This document shows positions 1-10,332 of a stretch of DNA of 32,000 nt, in pieces (positions within the stretch are counted from its first letter, which is position 1; the number at the start of each line of letters is the position of its first letter). Origin of the DNA: Bellilinea caldifistulae. GTDB taxonomy: Bacteria; Chloroflexota; Anaerolineae; Anaerolineales; Anaerolineaceae. The notes under the pieces are model-generated. The model saw only the letters and a list, made by a program, of their open reading frames with translations, searched no databases and was not told the origin of the DNA. The position numbers and the translations under genes are program-made. Location of the stretch: positions 60,001 to 92,000 of the forward strand of contig NZ_LGHJ01000013.1 of the NCBI RefSeq assembly GCF_001306055.1, given 5' to 3'.

Positions 1-1854
1 AAGTACCGCGGCGAATTTGAAGAACGGCTCAAAGCTGTCTTGCACGAGATCACCAGCGCGGCTGGGGAAGTCATCTTGTTCGTGGACGAGATGCACACGG
101 TCGTTGGGGCTGGGGCAGCTGAAGGCGCCATGGATGCCGGCAACATGCTCAAACCAATGCTGGCACGTGGTGAGCTGCACATGATCGGCGCTACCACAAT
201 TGACGAATACCGCAAACATGTGGAAAAAGACCCGGCTCTCGAACGTCGCTTCCAACCCGTGCTGGTTGAAGAACCCTCAGTAGAAGATACCATCAGCATT
301 CTGCGCGGTCTCAAACAGCGCTACGAAGTCCATCACGGCGTTCGGATAACCGATGCAGCCGTCATTGCGGCGGCTACCCTTTCGCACCGCTACATTACCG
401 ACCGCCACCTGCCGGATAAGGCAATTGACCTGATTGACGAAGCCGCGGCCCGCCTGCGTACGGAAATCGACTCCAAACCGCAGGCGCTGGACGAAGTGGA
501 CCGTCAAATTATGCAATTGGAAATCGAACGCCAGGCCTTGCAGAAAGAAAAGGATAAAGCCTCCAAAGAACGGCTGGAAAAGCTCGAACAGGAACTGGCC
601 GATCTGCGCGAACGTGCTGCCGAACTGTATACTCGTTGGGAGACAGAAAAACAAGCCATTGCTGCCCTGCGGGAAGTAAAGGAAAAAATCGAGCAGGCGC
701 GCATCGAAATGGAAGATGCCGAACGGCGCAACGATCTGGAAAAAGCCGCCCGCCTGCGCTACGGTCTGTTGCGGGAATTGGAGCAGCAATTGCATGAAGC
801 CGAAAATCGTCTGAAAGAAATTCAGGCAGAAGGCGCCCTGTTGAAGGAAGAAGTAGACGCCGAAGAGATTGCCGAGATTGTCTCACGCTGGACGGGTATT
901 CCCGTTTCACGCCTGATGGAAGGCGAGATGCAGAAGTTGCTGCACATGGAAGAACGCCTGCATCAGCGTGTGGTAGGTCAGGATGAAGCCATCCGGGTAG
1001 TTTCCAATGCAGTACGCCGCGCCCGGGCCGGCTTACAAGATCCAAACCGGCCTATCGGCTCGTTTATCTTCCTTGGCCCGACCGGCGTGGGTAAAACCGA
1101 GCTCGCCCGCGCTCTGGCGGAATTTCTCTTTGACGACGAAAAAGCCATGATCCGGATTGACATGAGCGAGTATCAGGAAAAACACACCGTATCGCGGCTG
1201 GTGGGCGCTCCGCCGGGCTATGTCGGTTATGAGGAAGGCGGTCAGTTGACCGAAGCCGTCCGCCGCAAGCCGTACAGTGTGGTGCTATTCGATGAAATCG
1301 AAAAAGCCCATCCGGAGGTCTTCAACGTCTTGCTGCAGTTGCTGGATGACGGGCGCTTGACCGACGGTCAGGGGCGCACGGTGGATTTTCGCAACACCGT
1401 GGTCATCATGACCTCCAACCTGGGCAGCGAATTGTGGTTGAACCATGCGGCTGGAAAACCCGGCCGGGAAACCCTCAACCGCATCCTGCAAGCCCACTTC
1501 CGGCCGGAGTTCTTGAACCGCATTGATGAAATTGTGATCTTTGACCCGCTCACCCGCGAGGATCTGGTCAAAATCGTGGATATCCAGTTGGGCCGTCTGG
1601 CAAATCTGCTGGCACAACGCGGCCTGAAACTGGAAGTCACCCCGGCTGCCAAAGAATATCTGGCTCAGGCCGGCTACGACCCCGATTTTGGTGCACGCCC
1701 GCTCAAACGCACCATTCAACGCGAAGTGCAGGATGTGTTGGCGCTCAAAGTCCTCTCCGGTGAATTCAAAGAAGGCGACACCATTCTGGTAGATGCTGCT
1801 CCCGATGGGCTGGTCTTCCAGTCCCTTGTAGTGGGCGAACCGGTTGAAGCCTGA
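1..1854 (+). CDS. clpB: ATP-dependent chaperone/disaggregase ClpB, 5'-truncated by the window edge
   Basis: Frame 1 is open from base 1. [14 protein letters not shown] is the conserved ClpB/Hsp104 NBD1 motif, so the TTG at 40 is not the real start. Other signatures are the M-domain coiled coil ([31 protein letters not shown]), the NBD2 Walker [12 protein letters not shown] and the GARPLKR motif. Stop is TGA at 1852-1854. Confidence 0.95.
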   Translation, partial: KYRGEFEERLKAVLHEITSAAGEVILFVDEMHTVVGAGAAEGAMDAGNMLKPMLARGELHMIGATTIDEYRKHVEKDPALERRFQPVLVEEPSVEDTISILRGLKQRYEVHHGVRITDAAVIAAATLSHRYITDRHLPDKAIDLIDEAAARLRTEIDSKPQALDEVDRQIMQLEIERQALQKEKDKASKERLEKLEQELADLRERAAELYTRWETEKQAIAALREVKEKIEQARIEMEDAERRNDLEKAARLRYGLLRELEQQLHEAENRLKEIQAEGALLKEEVDAEEIAEIVSRWTGIPVSRLMEGEMQKLLHMEERLHQRVVGQDEAIRVVSNAVRRARAGLQDPNRPIGSFIFLGPTGVGKTELARALAEFLFDDEKAMIRIDMSEYQEKHTVSRLVGAPPGYVGYEEGGQLTEAVRRKPYSVVLFDEIEKAHPEVFNVLLQLLDDGRLTDGQGRTVDFRNTVVIMTSNLGSELWLNHAAGKPGRETLNRILQAHFRPEFLNRIDEIVIFDPLTREDLVKIVDIQLGRLANLLAQRGLKLEVTPAAKEYLAQAGYDPDFGARPLKRTIQREVQDVLALKVLSGEFKEGDTILVDAAPDGLVFQSLVVGEPVEA

Positions 1855-1868
1855 TTGACAAAGCCGGA

Positions 1869-2768
1869 TCAGAATTTCGGCTCTCGTTTAAAGGGCGGCA
1901 GTTGAACGATGCCTTCAAAAAGGTCTCGTTCAACCCGCCCATTTTTGGGTTCGGGGTAGTACTGCATGTACATCTCCTTGGACGCAAAAATGCGCCTTAA
2001 CGGAGCAAACAACCCTCCGGTCAGCGATCCACCCCCCTGGCTGGCGTGACACCGCGAAGCCTCATCGCGAATATCAGCCACCGGACGGTAGTCAATCACA
2101 GCGTGAGTCGGAAAATCTACCTCGCTGATCGCCACCAGATCAATATCACGATTGCGCCCGTACTTATGCGGGTCTTTTCCAAACAAACGCAGCAGGCGGA
2201 CAATAAAGCGCAGGAAGCCTCGCGGGATGGTCTGGAAGTAAAATTTAGCCGGACGGTGGGGCGGCAGATGCTCGGTGTCCTGCCAGTTCTCATCGGCCGC
2301 CATTCGAAAAGCCTCCACCGTCGCCTGATGGATAAAAATATGATCAGGATGCCGGTAACCCCCAATCGGGTCAAACGTAATCAGCACATCCGGTTTCAAA
2401 CGGCGGATATAGGTTGCAATCTGGGCGGCAACTTGCTCCAGCGGCTGCTGAATCAAGGCCTGTGGATGTTGATTGTCAGCCGAACCGGGCATTCCCGAAT
2501 CACGCCAGCCGAGAAAGTAAACCCCAGCCAGGCCCAACTTTCCGGCTGCACAGCGTAATTCAGCCTCCCGACGTTCGGCAATTGAACGGTAGCCCTTCAG
2601 GTATTCCTCATCCACATCCCCCGCCTCACCCCGCGTGGCGCAAATCAAATGGGTTGCTACATTACGGCGGGCATAATAAGCCAGCGTTCCGCCCATCCCA
2701 AAGGTTTCATCATCTGGATGGGCCAGAACAGCCAGTAAAACCGGTTTTGCTTTGTGATCATCCGTCAT
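1869..2768 (-). CDS. PIG-L/LmbE-family N-acetylglucosaminyl deacetylase (MshB/Mca-like)
   Basis: 299 aa. It has the PIG-L signature VLAVLAHPDDETFGMGG, a later HPDH, and a WRDSGM motif like the MshB/Mca-type enzymes. Start is ATG at 2766-2768, only 17 nt downstream of the moeZ-like stop, so it is probably co-transcribed. Confidence 0.8.
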   Translation of the reverse strand: MTDDHKAKPVLLAVLAHPDDETFGMGGTLAYYARRNVATHLICATRGEAGDVDEEYLKGYRSIAERREAELRCAAGKLGLAGVYFLGWRDSGMPGSADNQHPQALIQQPLEQVAAQIATYIRRLKPDVLITFDPIGGYRHPDHIFIHQATVEAFRMAADENWQDTEHLPPHRPAKFYFQTIPRGFLRFIVRLLRLFGKDPHKYGRNRDIDLVAISEVDFPTHAVIDYRPVADIRDEASRCHASQGGGSLTGGLFAPLRRIFASKEMYMQYYPEPKNGRVERDLFEGIVQLPPFKREPKF

Positions 2769-2785
2769 CGTTCTACAAACCTCGC

Positions 2786-3946
2786 TCAGTATTTCAACAT
2801 GGTCGGGTCAACCTGATCAGCCCAGGCATTCAGGCCACCCCGTAAATTTTTGACTTTGGTAAACCCTGCTGCTGCCATTTGACGCACGCCCCGTGCCGAA
2901 CGCACACCCGTACGGCAGAAGAGGACATACTCCCGTTGCGGATCAAGTTCCTTCATCCGCTGACCAAGCCGCTCCAGAGGGATGAGCAGCGCCCCCGGTA
3001 ATGCAGCAACCTGCTGCTCAACCGGATCGCGCACATCAATCAACACCACTTCATTTCCTGTTTCCAAACGTTGTTTCAAGTCGGCCGGCTCAATGATACG
3101 ATCGGCCTCCAGTCCATTTTCCTGCACGGCTCTCGCAGGCACACCGCAAAAAGCCTCGTAATCTATCAAATGGGTAATTTCGGGTATTTCGCCGCACACC
3201 TTACACTGCAAGTTTTTCCGCAGGTGAATCACCTGCATACTCATGTCCAGCGCGTCATACAGCAACAGTTTGCCGGTAAGCGGTTCTCCAATTCCGAGGA
3301 TAATCTTGATCACCTCGGTTGCCTGAATGGAGCCGATGGTGCCGGGCAGCACCCCAAATACACCCGCATCCGCACAGGATGGCACGGTATCCGGCGGGGG
3401 AGGTTCGGGGAAAAGACAACGGTAACACGGGCCGCGCCGCGCATCAAAAACACTCACCTGACCCTCGAAACGAAAAATTGAGCCATAGACAAACGGTTTG
3501 CCGCTCAATACTGCCAGATCGTTCAGCAAGTAACGGGTGGGGAAGTTATCGCTACCGTCAACCAGAATATCGTAATCCGCAGCGATTCGTTCAGCATTTT
3601 GCGAGGTGAATACCTCGTTGTACACATCCACCTGCACAAAGGGGTTCAATGCCAGCAACCGATTGCGAGCCGATTCGACCTTCAACATCCCAATCCGCTG
3701 AGTGTCATGGATAATCTGGCGTTGCAGGTTGGAAGCATCCACCACATCATAATCCACAATCCCAATGCGACCGACGCCGGCAGCCGCCAGGTACAGAGCA
3801 ATCGGTGAACCCAAACCACCGCTGCCGACCAGCAGCACGGAGGCGGCCTTCAACTTGCGCTGGCCTTCCAGCCCAACCTCAGGGATCAACAAATGGCGCG
3901 AGTAGCGCAGAATTTCTTCTTGGGTCAGTTCGCCTTTTCCAGTCAT
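2786..3946 (-). CDS. moeZ: MoeB/ThiF-type adenylyltransferase fused to a rhodanese domain (MoeZ-type adenylyltransferase/sulfurtransferase)
   Basis: It has LRYSRHLLIPEVG and the GxGxxG motif LLVGSGGLGSP. CxxC pairs are present (CYRC, CKVC). The C-terminal rhodanese domain carries the active-site loop FCRTGVRS. I place the start at ATG 3944-3946 (MTGKGELTQEEILRYSRH), with GAAGGGA 8 nt upstream. The ORF-track start at 4000 adds 18 non-conserved residues. Confidence 0.8.
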   Translation of the reverse strand: MTGKGELTQEEILRYSRHLLIPEVGLEGQRKLKAASVLLVGSGGLGSPIALYLAAAGVGRIGIVDYDVVDASNLQRQIIHDTQRIGMLKVESARNRLLALNPFVQVDVYNEVFTSQNAERIAADYDILVDGSDNFPTRYLLNDLAVLSGKPFVYGSIFRFEGQVSVFDARRGPCYRCLFPEPPPPDTVPSCADAGVFGVLPGTIGSIQATEVIKIILGIGEPLTGKLLLYDALDMSMQVIHLRKNLQCKVCGEIPEITHLIDYEAFCGVPARAVQENGLEADRIIEPADLKQRLETGNEVVLIDVRDPVEQQVAALPGALLIPLERLGQRMKELDPQREYVLFCRTGVRSARGVRQMAAAGFTKVKNLRGGLNAWADQVDPTMLKY

Positions 3947-4051
3947 GGATTTCGTCCCTTCGCTTTCAGGATGAGAAAATTGTACTACGAAGCCGCCCAT
4001 TTGAAGGTTCGCCGTAGCGTATTCTGACGAATTGAGTGGGAATTATTCGAG

Positions 4052-4100
4052 CAAAAGAAAAGCCCTGCCCGTTCTTCCCATGCGGATCTGCAGGCAGGGT
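4052..4100 (-). terminator. Candidate intrinsic terminator downstream of ahcY
   Basis: On the minus strand, CCCTGCC (4093-4099) pairs with GGCAGGG (4063-4069) around a roughly 23-nt loop. The stem is followed by CTTTTCTTTTGC. The large loop lowers confidence. Confidence 0.5.
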
Positions 4101-4160
4101 CCTGATAATAAGACTTCACCCCGGCAAGCTCGGAAAACGCTCACCGTTTTTTCGATTGGT

Positions 4161-5432
<1,272 letters not shown>

Positions 5433-5441
5433 TCAAAAAAA

Positions 5442-6407
5442 TTAAACTGTGGGTTGTTTCATTACTTCAAGCGCACCAGCGTCATCGAAATGGGTGCGGA
5501 AGCGTGTAATAAACTCTTCAACGGTAAAATAATGCGACTGGGTGCCGCGCTGCTCCAGACAATAGGCTGCTGCCAGCGAGCCCATCTTGCCACAAATTTC
5601 GAAGTTAAAGCCCAACCGCCAGCCCCTTAAAAATCCTGCCCGGAAGGCATCGCCAACCCCGGTGGGATCCACAATTTTTTCAACCGGTACTGCTGGAACG
5701 TCCACCTCACTGGCCTGCCAGTAGATGGAAGCCCCCTTAGCCCCGCGGGTAATTACCACTAAGGGAACGCGGTGCAGGATAAATTCCGCGCTGAAGCCGG
5801 TGTGTTTTTGCAACAATTCCCATTCGTATTCGTTGACAAAGAGACTGTATGCTCCATCCACCCCTCGGCGCAATTCATCCGGGTCTGATCGGGCAATTTG
5901 CTGGCTGGGGTCATACACATACGGAATCTGCATTTGTTTGCATTCCTCGACATAGCGATCCATCGCCACCGGGTCATTGGGTGAAATCACCACCATCTCT
6001 GGCCGGGATTGCAGCGTTTCCAGGGACAATTCGCGGGCGTATGCCATTGCCCCGGTGTAAAAGCTGCAAATCTGATTATTGGCGAGGTCGGTGTTGGCAA
6101 AAAAACTGGCTGTGAAAACTCCCGGCACAACCCGGATGTAGGTTGTATCAATATGATGGCTTTCCAGCCACTGGCGATAATCCTCAAAATCCTCCCCGGC
6201 AGTCCCAAAAATCAGCGGTTTATCACCCAACAGAGCCATCGTATAGGCGATATTGGGCGCAATTCCCCCTCGCTGGCGTACCATCTGATCCACCAGAAAA
6301 GAAAGGCTGATCGAGTCCAGCCGCTCCGGCATGATGTGATCTTTAAAATAACCGGGAAAGGTCATCAAGTAGTCATAGGCAATTGAGCCGGTCAGAACAA
6401 TGCTCAT
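5442..6407 (-). CDS. adoK: PfkB-family kinase closely resembling mycobacterial-type adenosine kinase
   Basis: 321 aa. MSIVLTGSIAYDYLMTFPGYF...SLSFLVD...DPSQQIAR...DPTGVGDAFRAGFL tracks, from memory, the M. tuberculosis AdoK (Rv2202c) sequence along its whole length. It lies 21 nt upstream of ahcY, which fits a role removing the adenosine product. Confidence 0.7.
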   Translation of the reverse strand: MSIVLTGSIAYDYLMTFPGYFKDHIMPERLDSISLSFLVDQMVRQRGGIAPNIAYTMALLGDKPLIFGTAGEDFEDYRQWLESHHIDTTYIRVVPGVFTASFFANTDLANNQICSFYTGAMAYARELSLETLQSRPEMVVISPNDPVAMDRYVEECKQMQIPYVYDPSQQIARSDPDELRRGVDGAYSLFVNEYEWELLQKHTGFSAEFILHRVPLVVITRGAKGASIYWQASEVDVPAVPVEKIVDPTGVGDAFRAGFLRGWRLGFNFEICGKMGSLAAAYCLEQRGTQSHYFTVEEFITRFRTHFDDAGALEVMKQPTV

Positions 6408-6500
6408 CCTTGAATTCGTGTCCTTCTCATCGAAAATTTCAAATTTTCCCCTTAAACCAATCGGGGTTCATCAAAATTGCTCCCGCGGGGGAGCGAGTTG

Positions 6501-6509
6501 ATTATACCA
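6501..6509 (-). promoter_or_regulatory. Extended -10 promoter element (TGGTATAAT) for the adoK-ahcY operon
   Basis: The minus strand reads TGGTATAAT, with a weak -35 (TCGTCA, about 18-nt spacer). It sits about 94 nt upstream of the adoK ATG. The same 9-mer recurs upstream of two other minus-strand operons in this window. Confidence 0.5.
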
Positions 6510-6540
6510 TTGAAAAAAGCGGGCTGACGAAGTTCATACA

Positions 6541-6569
6541 TTGACACATTTCCCACATTTCGGTATAAG
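6541..6569 (+). promoter_or_regulatory. Near-consensus sigma70 promoter for the TPR-SLT gene
   Basis: TTGACA (6541-6546), an exact 17-nt spacer, then TATAAG (6564-6569). The ATG at 6575 lies 5 nt after the -10, which implies a leaderless or near-leaderless mRNA. Confidence 0.65.
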
Positions 6570-6574
6570 AAATT

Positions 6575-8992
6575 ATGCCGCACATGAAACATATTCGCAT
6601 CGTTTCGATCATCTTATTGTTGGTGATGATGGGCTGTAACCTGCCCACTTCACTGAGCCGCTCAAATACTCCCCCGCATGGACAGTCTGCACCGGAAACC
6701 CCAAATCTCATCACACCCACATTTCCAACACCAACATCCACGCCGACCCCCCTTCCTGCCGTTCGTTTGACTCAGGGTGATAACGCCTTATTGCTGGGGG
6801 ATACCCAACGCGCTCGTCAGGAATACCAATCCGCTGCAATGGCAAGCGATGATCCAGAAATTCAGGCAGCAGCGCTTGTGGGGATTGCCCGCGCCTATTA
6901 CGAGGAAAGGAATTACCAGCAGGCCATTGAAACATTGCTGGCCTTGATCAACGAACATCCGGCGAATCATTCGCTGGCCAATGGATATTACTTTCTGGCG
7001 GAAGCCTACCTTGCCCTGGGAGAAAATCAAAAGGCTGCCGAAGCCTACGAAATGTTCCTGCAACTGAAACCGGGTATTCTGGACGACCTGATTGCAGAAA
7101 AAGCCGCGGAAGCCTGGATGGCTGCCGGTCAATATGAAAAGGCCATTCAAGCCTACCAGAAAGCCATTCAAGCCTCCGGAATGCAGGATACCGCCCGCCT
7201 TACAATCCGCATCGGTCAGGCCTATCAGCAATTGAACGATCTGGAAGCAGCAATTCGCCAGTATCTGGAAGCTTACCAAAGCACAAGCAACGACTACTAC
7301 AAGGCTCAGGCTAATTTTCTGGCGGGTCAAGCCTATCTGAGATTGGGATTTCCAGAACAGGCTTATGCCCGTTTTCAGGACTCGGTCAATAACTTCCCGC
7401 GTTACTATGATACCTACTCGGGTTTGATTGAGCTGGTCAACGCCGGTCAGCCGGTGAATCAGCTTAACCGCGGCCTGGTGAACTACTTTGCCGGGCAGTA
7501 CGCACTATCGGCAGAAGTGCTGCTGGGGTACATTAACAACAATCCGGATCATGAGGGAACGGCTCATCACTACCGCGCCCTGGCGTTACGACAAATCAAC
7601 AATCTGGAAGGTGCATTAGAAGAATGGCGGACTTTGATTCGCGACCATCCCGGTGATTCGTTTTATTCAACCGCCTGGCAGGAAATCGCCTACACGCAAT
7701 GGGCATTCTTAGAAGATTTTGAAGGGGCTGCCAACACCCTTCTGGCGTTTGTTTCTCAAAACCCTTCATCGAATGAAGCCCCCAATGCCTTATTCAGCGC
7801 CGCCCGCATTTTGGAACGCAGTAACCGCCTGACCCGCGCCGCTGAAACCTGGGAGCGCCTGCTCCAGGAATACCCGGCCGCCTCCATCAGCCCCAGAGCC
7901 CAGTTTCTGGCGGGGATTACTTATTACCGTCTCGGCGCGGACGAGCGCGCCTTGAACGCGCTGCAACGGCAGGTTGTTCTCTCGACCTCGCCTAACGACC
8001 AGGCAGCTGCCCTGTTGTGGATTGGGAAAATCCAGCAACGAGCCGGCAATCCCGATGCTGCCCGGGAGGCATGGCAGCAAGCCGCCTCCCTCGACCCCAC
8101 CGGTTATTACAGTGAACGGGCAGACGAATTGCTCAACAATCAGCCTCCCTTTCACTCGCCCGCTGTGTATGATCTGGGGATAGACTGGTCAACCGAACAG
8201 CAGCGTGCAGAAGACTGGCTGCGTGACACCTTTGCGATACCGCCTGAAACGGATTTGAAAGGCATAGGAGATTTAGCCCAAAACCCGCGTTTCATCCGCG
8301 GGATGGCCTTGTGGGAACTCGGTTTGTATCAGACTGCTCGCGGTGAATTTGAAAGCCTGCGCGAAGAAATTTCCTCAGACCCGGTGGTGCTCTACCGTTT
8401 CCTGAACATCATGCTGCAAATTGGAGCTTACCGCCCGGCTATTTTTGCAAGTCGCCAGATTCTCAACCTGGCCGGAATGGACAACCTTCAGACCTTGAAC
8501 GCTCCCCGCTTTTTCAACCTGGTTCGCTTCGGCACGTACTACAAGGATGCCGTAATGCAGGAGGCTAACGAAACCGGCCTGCATCCTTTATTACTGTTCA
8601 GCATCATCCGCCAGGAATCTTTTTTTGAGACCTTTGTGATTTCCAGTGCCGGAGCGCGCGGCTTGATGCAGATCATGCCGGCCACCGGACAGGAACTGGC
8701 CGAACGCTACGGCTACCCCGATTTTCAGGTTGAAGACCTGCACAACCCACTGATTAACATCCGGTTGGGAGCAAAATACCTTGCCAATCAGCGTGATTAC
8801 TTCGGTGGAGATTTGTATCTGGCTCTGGCAGCCTACAACGGCGGGCCGGGTAATGCGTATGCCTGGGCGCAACTTGCCGAAGGCGACCCCGATCTTTTCC
8901 TCGAAGTCATCCGCTTTGAAGAGACGCAGCGGTATATCCGTTCCATCGCTGAAATCATGAACATTTACCGACTGATATATGAAAGGAAATAA
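6575..8992 (+). CDS. Lipoprotein with a long TPR/superhelical region and a C-terminal soluble lytic transglycosylase (SLT) domain
   Basis: 805 aa. The signal peptide has a lipobox (MKHIRIVSIILLLVMMGC), followed by a Pro/Thr linker. Multiple TPR-like A/Y/L repeats are present. The SLT catalytic motif is IIRQESFFE...SSAGARGLMQIMP...AYNGGPGN. The start could be ATG 6575 or ATG 6584. Confidence 0.85.
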   Translation: MPHMKHIRIVSIILLLVMMGCNLPTSLSRSNTPPHGQSAPETPNLITPTFPTPTSTPTPLPAVRLTQGDNALLLGDTQRARQEYQSAAMASDDPEIQAAALVGIARAYYEERNYQQAIETLLALINEHPANHSLANGYYFLAEAYLALGENQKAAEAYEMFLQLKPGILDDLIAEKAAEAWMAAGQYEKAIQAYQKAIQASGMQDTARLTIRIGQAYQQLNDLEAAIRQYLEAYQSTSNDYYKAQANFLAGQAYLRLGFPEQAYARFQDSVNNFPRYYDTYSGLIELVNAGQPVNQLNRGLVNYFAGQYALSAEVLLGYINNNPDHEGTAHHYRALALRQINNLEGALEEWRTLIRDHPGDSFYSTAWQEIAYTQWAFLEDFEGAANTLLAFVSQNPSSNEAPNALFSAARILERSNRLTRAAETWERLLQEYPAASISPRAQFLAGITYYRLGADERALNALQRQVVLSTSPNDQAAALLWIGKIQQRAGNPDAAREAWQQAASLDPTGYYSERADELLNNQPPFHSPAVYDLGIDWSTEQQRAEDWLRDTFAIPPETDLKGIGDLAQNPRFIRGMALWELGLYQTARGEFESLREEISSDPVVLYRFLNIMLQIGAYRPAIFASRQILNLAGMDNLQTLNAPRFFNLVRFGTYYKDAVMQEANETGLHPLLLFSIIRQESFFETFVISSAGARGLMQIMPATGQELAERYGYPDFQVEDLHNPLINIRLGAKYLANQRDYFGGDLYLALAAYNGGPGNAYAWAQLAEGDPDLFLEVIRFEETQRYIRSIAEIMNIYRLIYERK

Positions 8993-9018
8993 GTAAAGCC
9001 CATCAAATGGAAATATGA

Positions 9019-9046
9019 ATTGGGACAGGCTGTGGCCTGTCCCAAT
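9019..9046. terminator. Perfect 12-bp hairpin between convergent genes (bidirectional terminator candidate)
   Basis: ATTGGGACAGGC-TGTG-GCCTGTCCCAAT lies between the SLT stop (8992) and the E2 stop (9052). On the minus strand it is followed by a T-richer tail (TCATATTTCCATTT). The plus-strand tail is weak. Confidence 0.6.
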
Positions 9047-9051
9047 CCTCT

Positions 9052-10332
9052 CTACAACAAAATCAAAGCTGGTTTTTCCAGGTAATTCTTCAGGGCTTGC
9101 ATAAACCTGGCCGCCTCAGCCCCATCGGTAATCCGATGATCGGCCGACAGAGTCATCTTCATTCGCAACCCCGCTTTGACCACGCCGTTTTCAACAACCG
9201 GCACTTCCTTAACCGACCCAACCGCCAATATGGCCGCTTCCGGCGGATTGATAATCGCCACAAAATGCTCCACCTCAAACATGCCCAAATTGCTGATGGA
9301 GAAGGTGGAGCCTTCAATGTCCTCCGGGCGGACTTTGCCAGCCCGCGCCCGTGCAACCATTTCCTTGACCTCCTGGGAGATCAAGCCCAAAGATTTATAA
9401 TCTGCGTCTTTGCAAACAATGGTCATCAGCCCGTTTTCGAGGGCAACCGCAACACCGATGTTGCGGTGAGCATGGCGGATGATTTCATTTTCCTGCAAAG
9501 AGGCGTTCAGGTTGGGATATTGCCTCAAAGCAAGCGCAGCGGCTTTGATGATGAAATCGTTGACGGATAACTTCTGTTCTTCTGGCAACTGGCTGTTGAA
9601 CTGTTTACGCAGTTCCATCACAGCCGCCATGTCTACTTCGCTGGTCAGGTAAAAGTGCGGTATCTGGGTCTTGGATTCAACCATGCGGCGACCGATGATG
9701 GCGCGCAATTTATCCACTGCCACTCGTTGATCTTCGGCAGCCGCCGCCGGTACAACCGCAGGAAGCGGTAATGTCGTTGGCGCAGCAATCGGGGCTGGAG
9801 GCGTTTCAATCTCCGGCGCAGCCGCAACCGGAGCGGTTTTCAACGCTTTTTCAATGTCCCGCTTGACCACCCGTCCGCCCGGGCCGCTGCCCTGTACCTG
9901 CTTTAGATTGATGCCGTATTCCTGTGCCATCCGACGGGCAAGTGGCGAGGCTTTGGTGCGTCCGTCATCTTCCAGAATGGCGGCAGTCTCCTGGCTGGCA
10001 GGTATCGGCTGCTCTGCTGGCTGTTCCGTCTGAGCGGCGGACGGCTGTGCTTCTCCGCCGCCAGCAACCGCCGGAATATCCTCAACTTTCTCCCCCGGCG
10101 CTGCAATGACTGCAATGGGCGTCCCCACCGGTACAATATCCCCCGCCTTGACCAAATGGCGATACACAACCCCCGCTGCACTGGATTCCACCTCAACGGT
10201 GGCTTTATCGGTTTCGATCTCAGCTAATACCTGGCCTTTTTCAATCGCTTCACCTTCACCGACCACCCAACGCACCAGTGTGCCTTCCGCCATATCAAAA
10301 CCCAGTTTGGGCATGGCAATTATTTCAGCCAT
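9052..10332 (-). CDS. pdhC: Dihydrolipoamide acyltransferase (E2) of a 2-oxoacid (pyruvate/acetoin-type) dehydrogenase complex
   Basis: 426 aa. It has a lipoyl domain (EIETDKATVEVES), an Ala/Pro linker, an E3/E1-binding domain (ASPLARRMAQEYGINLKQVQGSGPGGRV) and the catalytic motif SADHRITDGA. Its ATG overlaps the E1beta stop by 1 nt (TAATG). Confidence 0.9.
   Translation of the reverse strand: MAEIIAMPKLGFDMAEGTLVRWVVGEGEAIEKGQVLAEIETDKATVEVESSAAGVVYRHLVKAGDIVPVGTPIAVIAAPGEKVEDIPAVAGGGEAQPSAAQTEQPAEQPIPASQETAAILEDDGRTKASPLARRMAQEYGINLKQVQGSGPGGRVVKRDIEKALKTAPVAAAPEIETPPAPIAAPTTLPLPAVVPAAAAEDQRVAVDKLRAIIGRRMVESKTQIPHFYLTSEVDMAAVMELRKQFNSQLPEEQKLSVNDFIIKAAALALRQYPNLNASLQENEIIRHAHRNIGVAVALENGLMTIVCKDADYKSLGLISQEVKEMVARARAGKVRPEDIEGSTFSISNLGMFEVEHFVAIINPPEAAILAVGSVKEVPVVENGVVKAGLRMKMTLSADHRITDGAEAARFMQALKNYLEKPALILL

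Noticed and set aside
1862-1882. A short hairpin (AGCCG-11 nt-CGGCT) just after the clpB stop, considered as a clpB terminator.
   Set aside because: It has only a 5-bp stem, a large loop and a weak T-tract, and it lies inside the 3' end of the convergent PIG-L gene. This is too weak to call.
3947-4000. N-terminal extensions offered by the ORF track: moeZ to 4000, selB to 25801 (TTG), rplU to 22915 (TTG), the response regulator to 17350, and the permease to 14164 (TTG).
   Set aside because: In each case a downstream start has a properly spaced SD and reproduces the conserved family N-terminus. The longer form adds non-conserved residues and lacks an SD, or collides with predicted promoter elements.
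6408-6500. A known SAH riboswitch upstream of adoK-ahcY.
   Set aside because: The conserved SAH-riboswitch core and pseudoknot sequences are not recognisable by eye. Only generic hairpins are present. I kept it as a low-interest 'unknown leader' finding rather than calling a riboswitch.
6502-6741. A 79-aa minus-strand ORF spanning the divergent promoter region and the 5' end of the SLT gene.
   Set aside because: It overlaps the consensus plus-strand promoter and the SLT signal-peptide coding region, and it has no SD and no recognisable features. It is most likely spurious.
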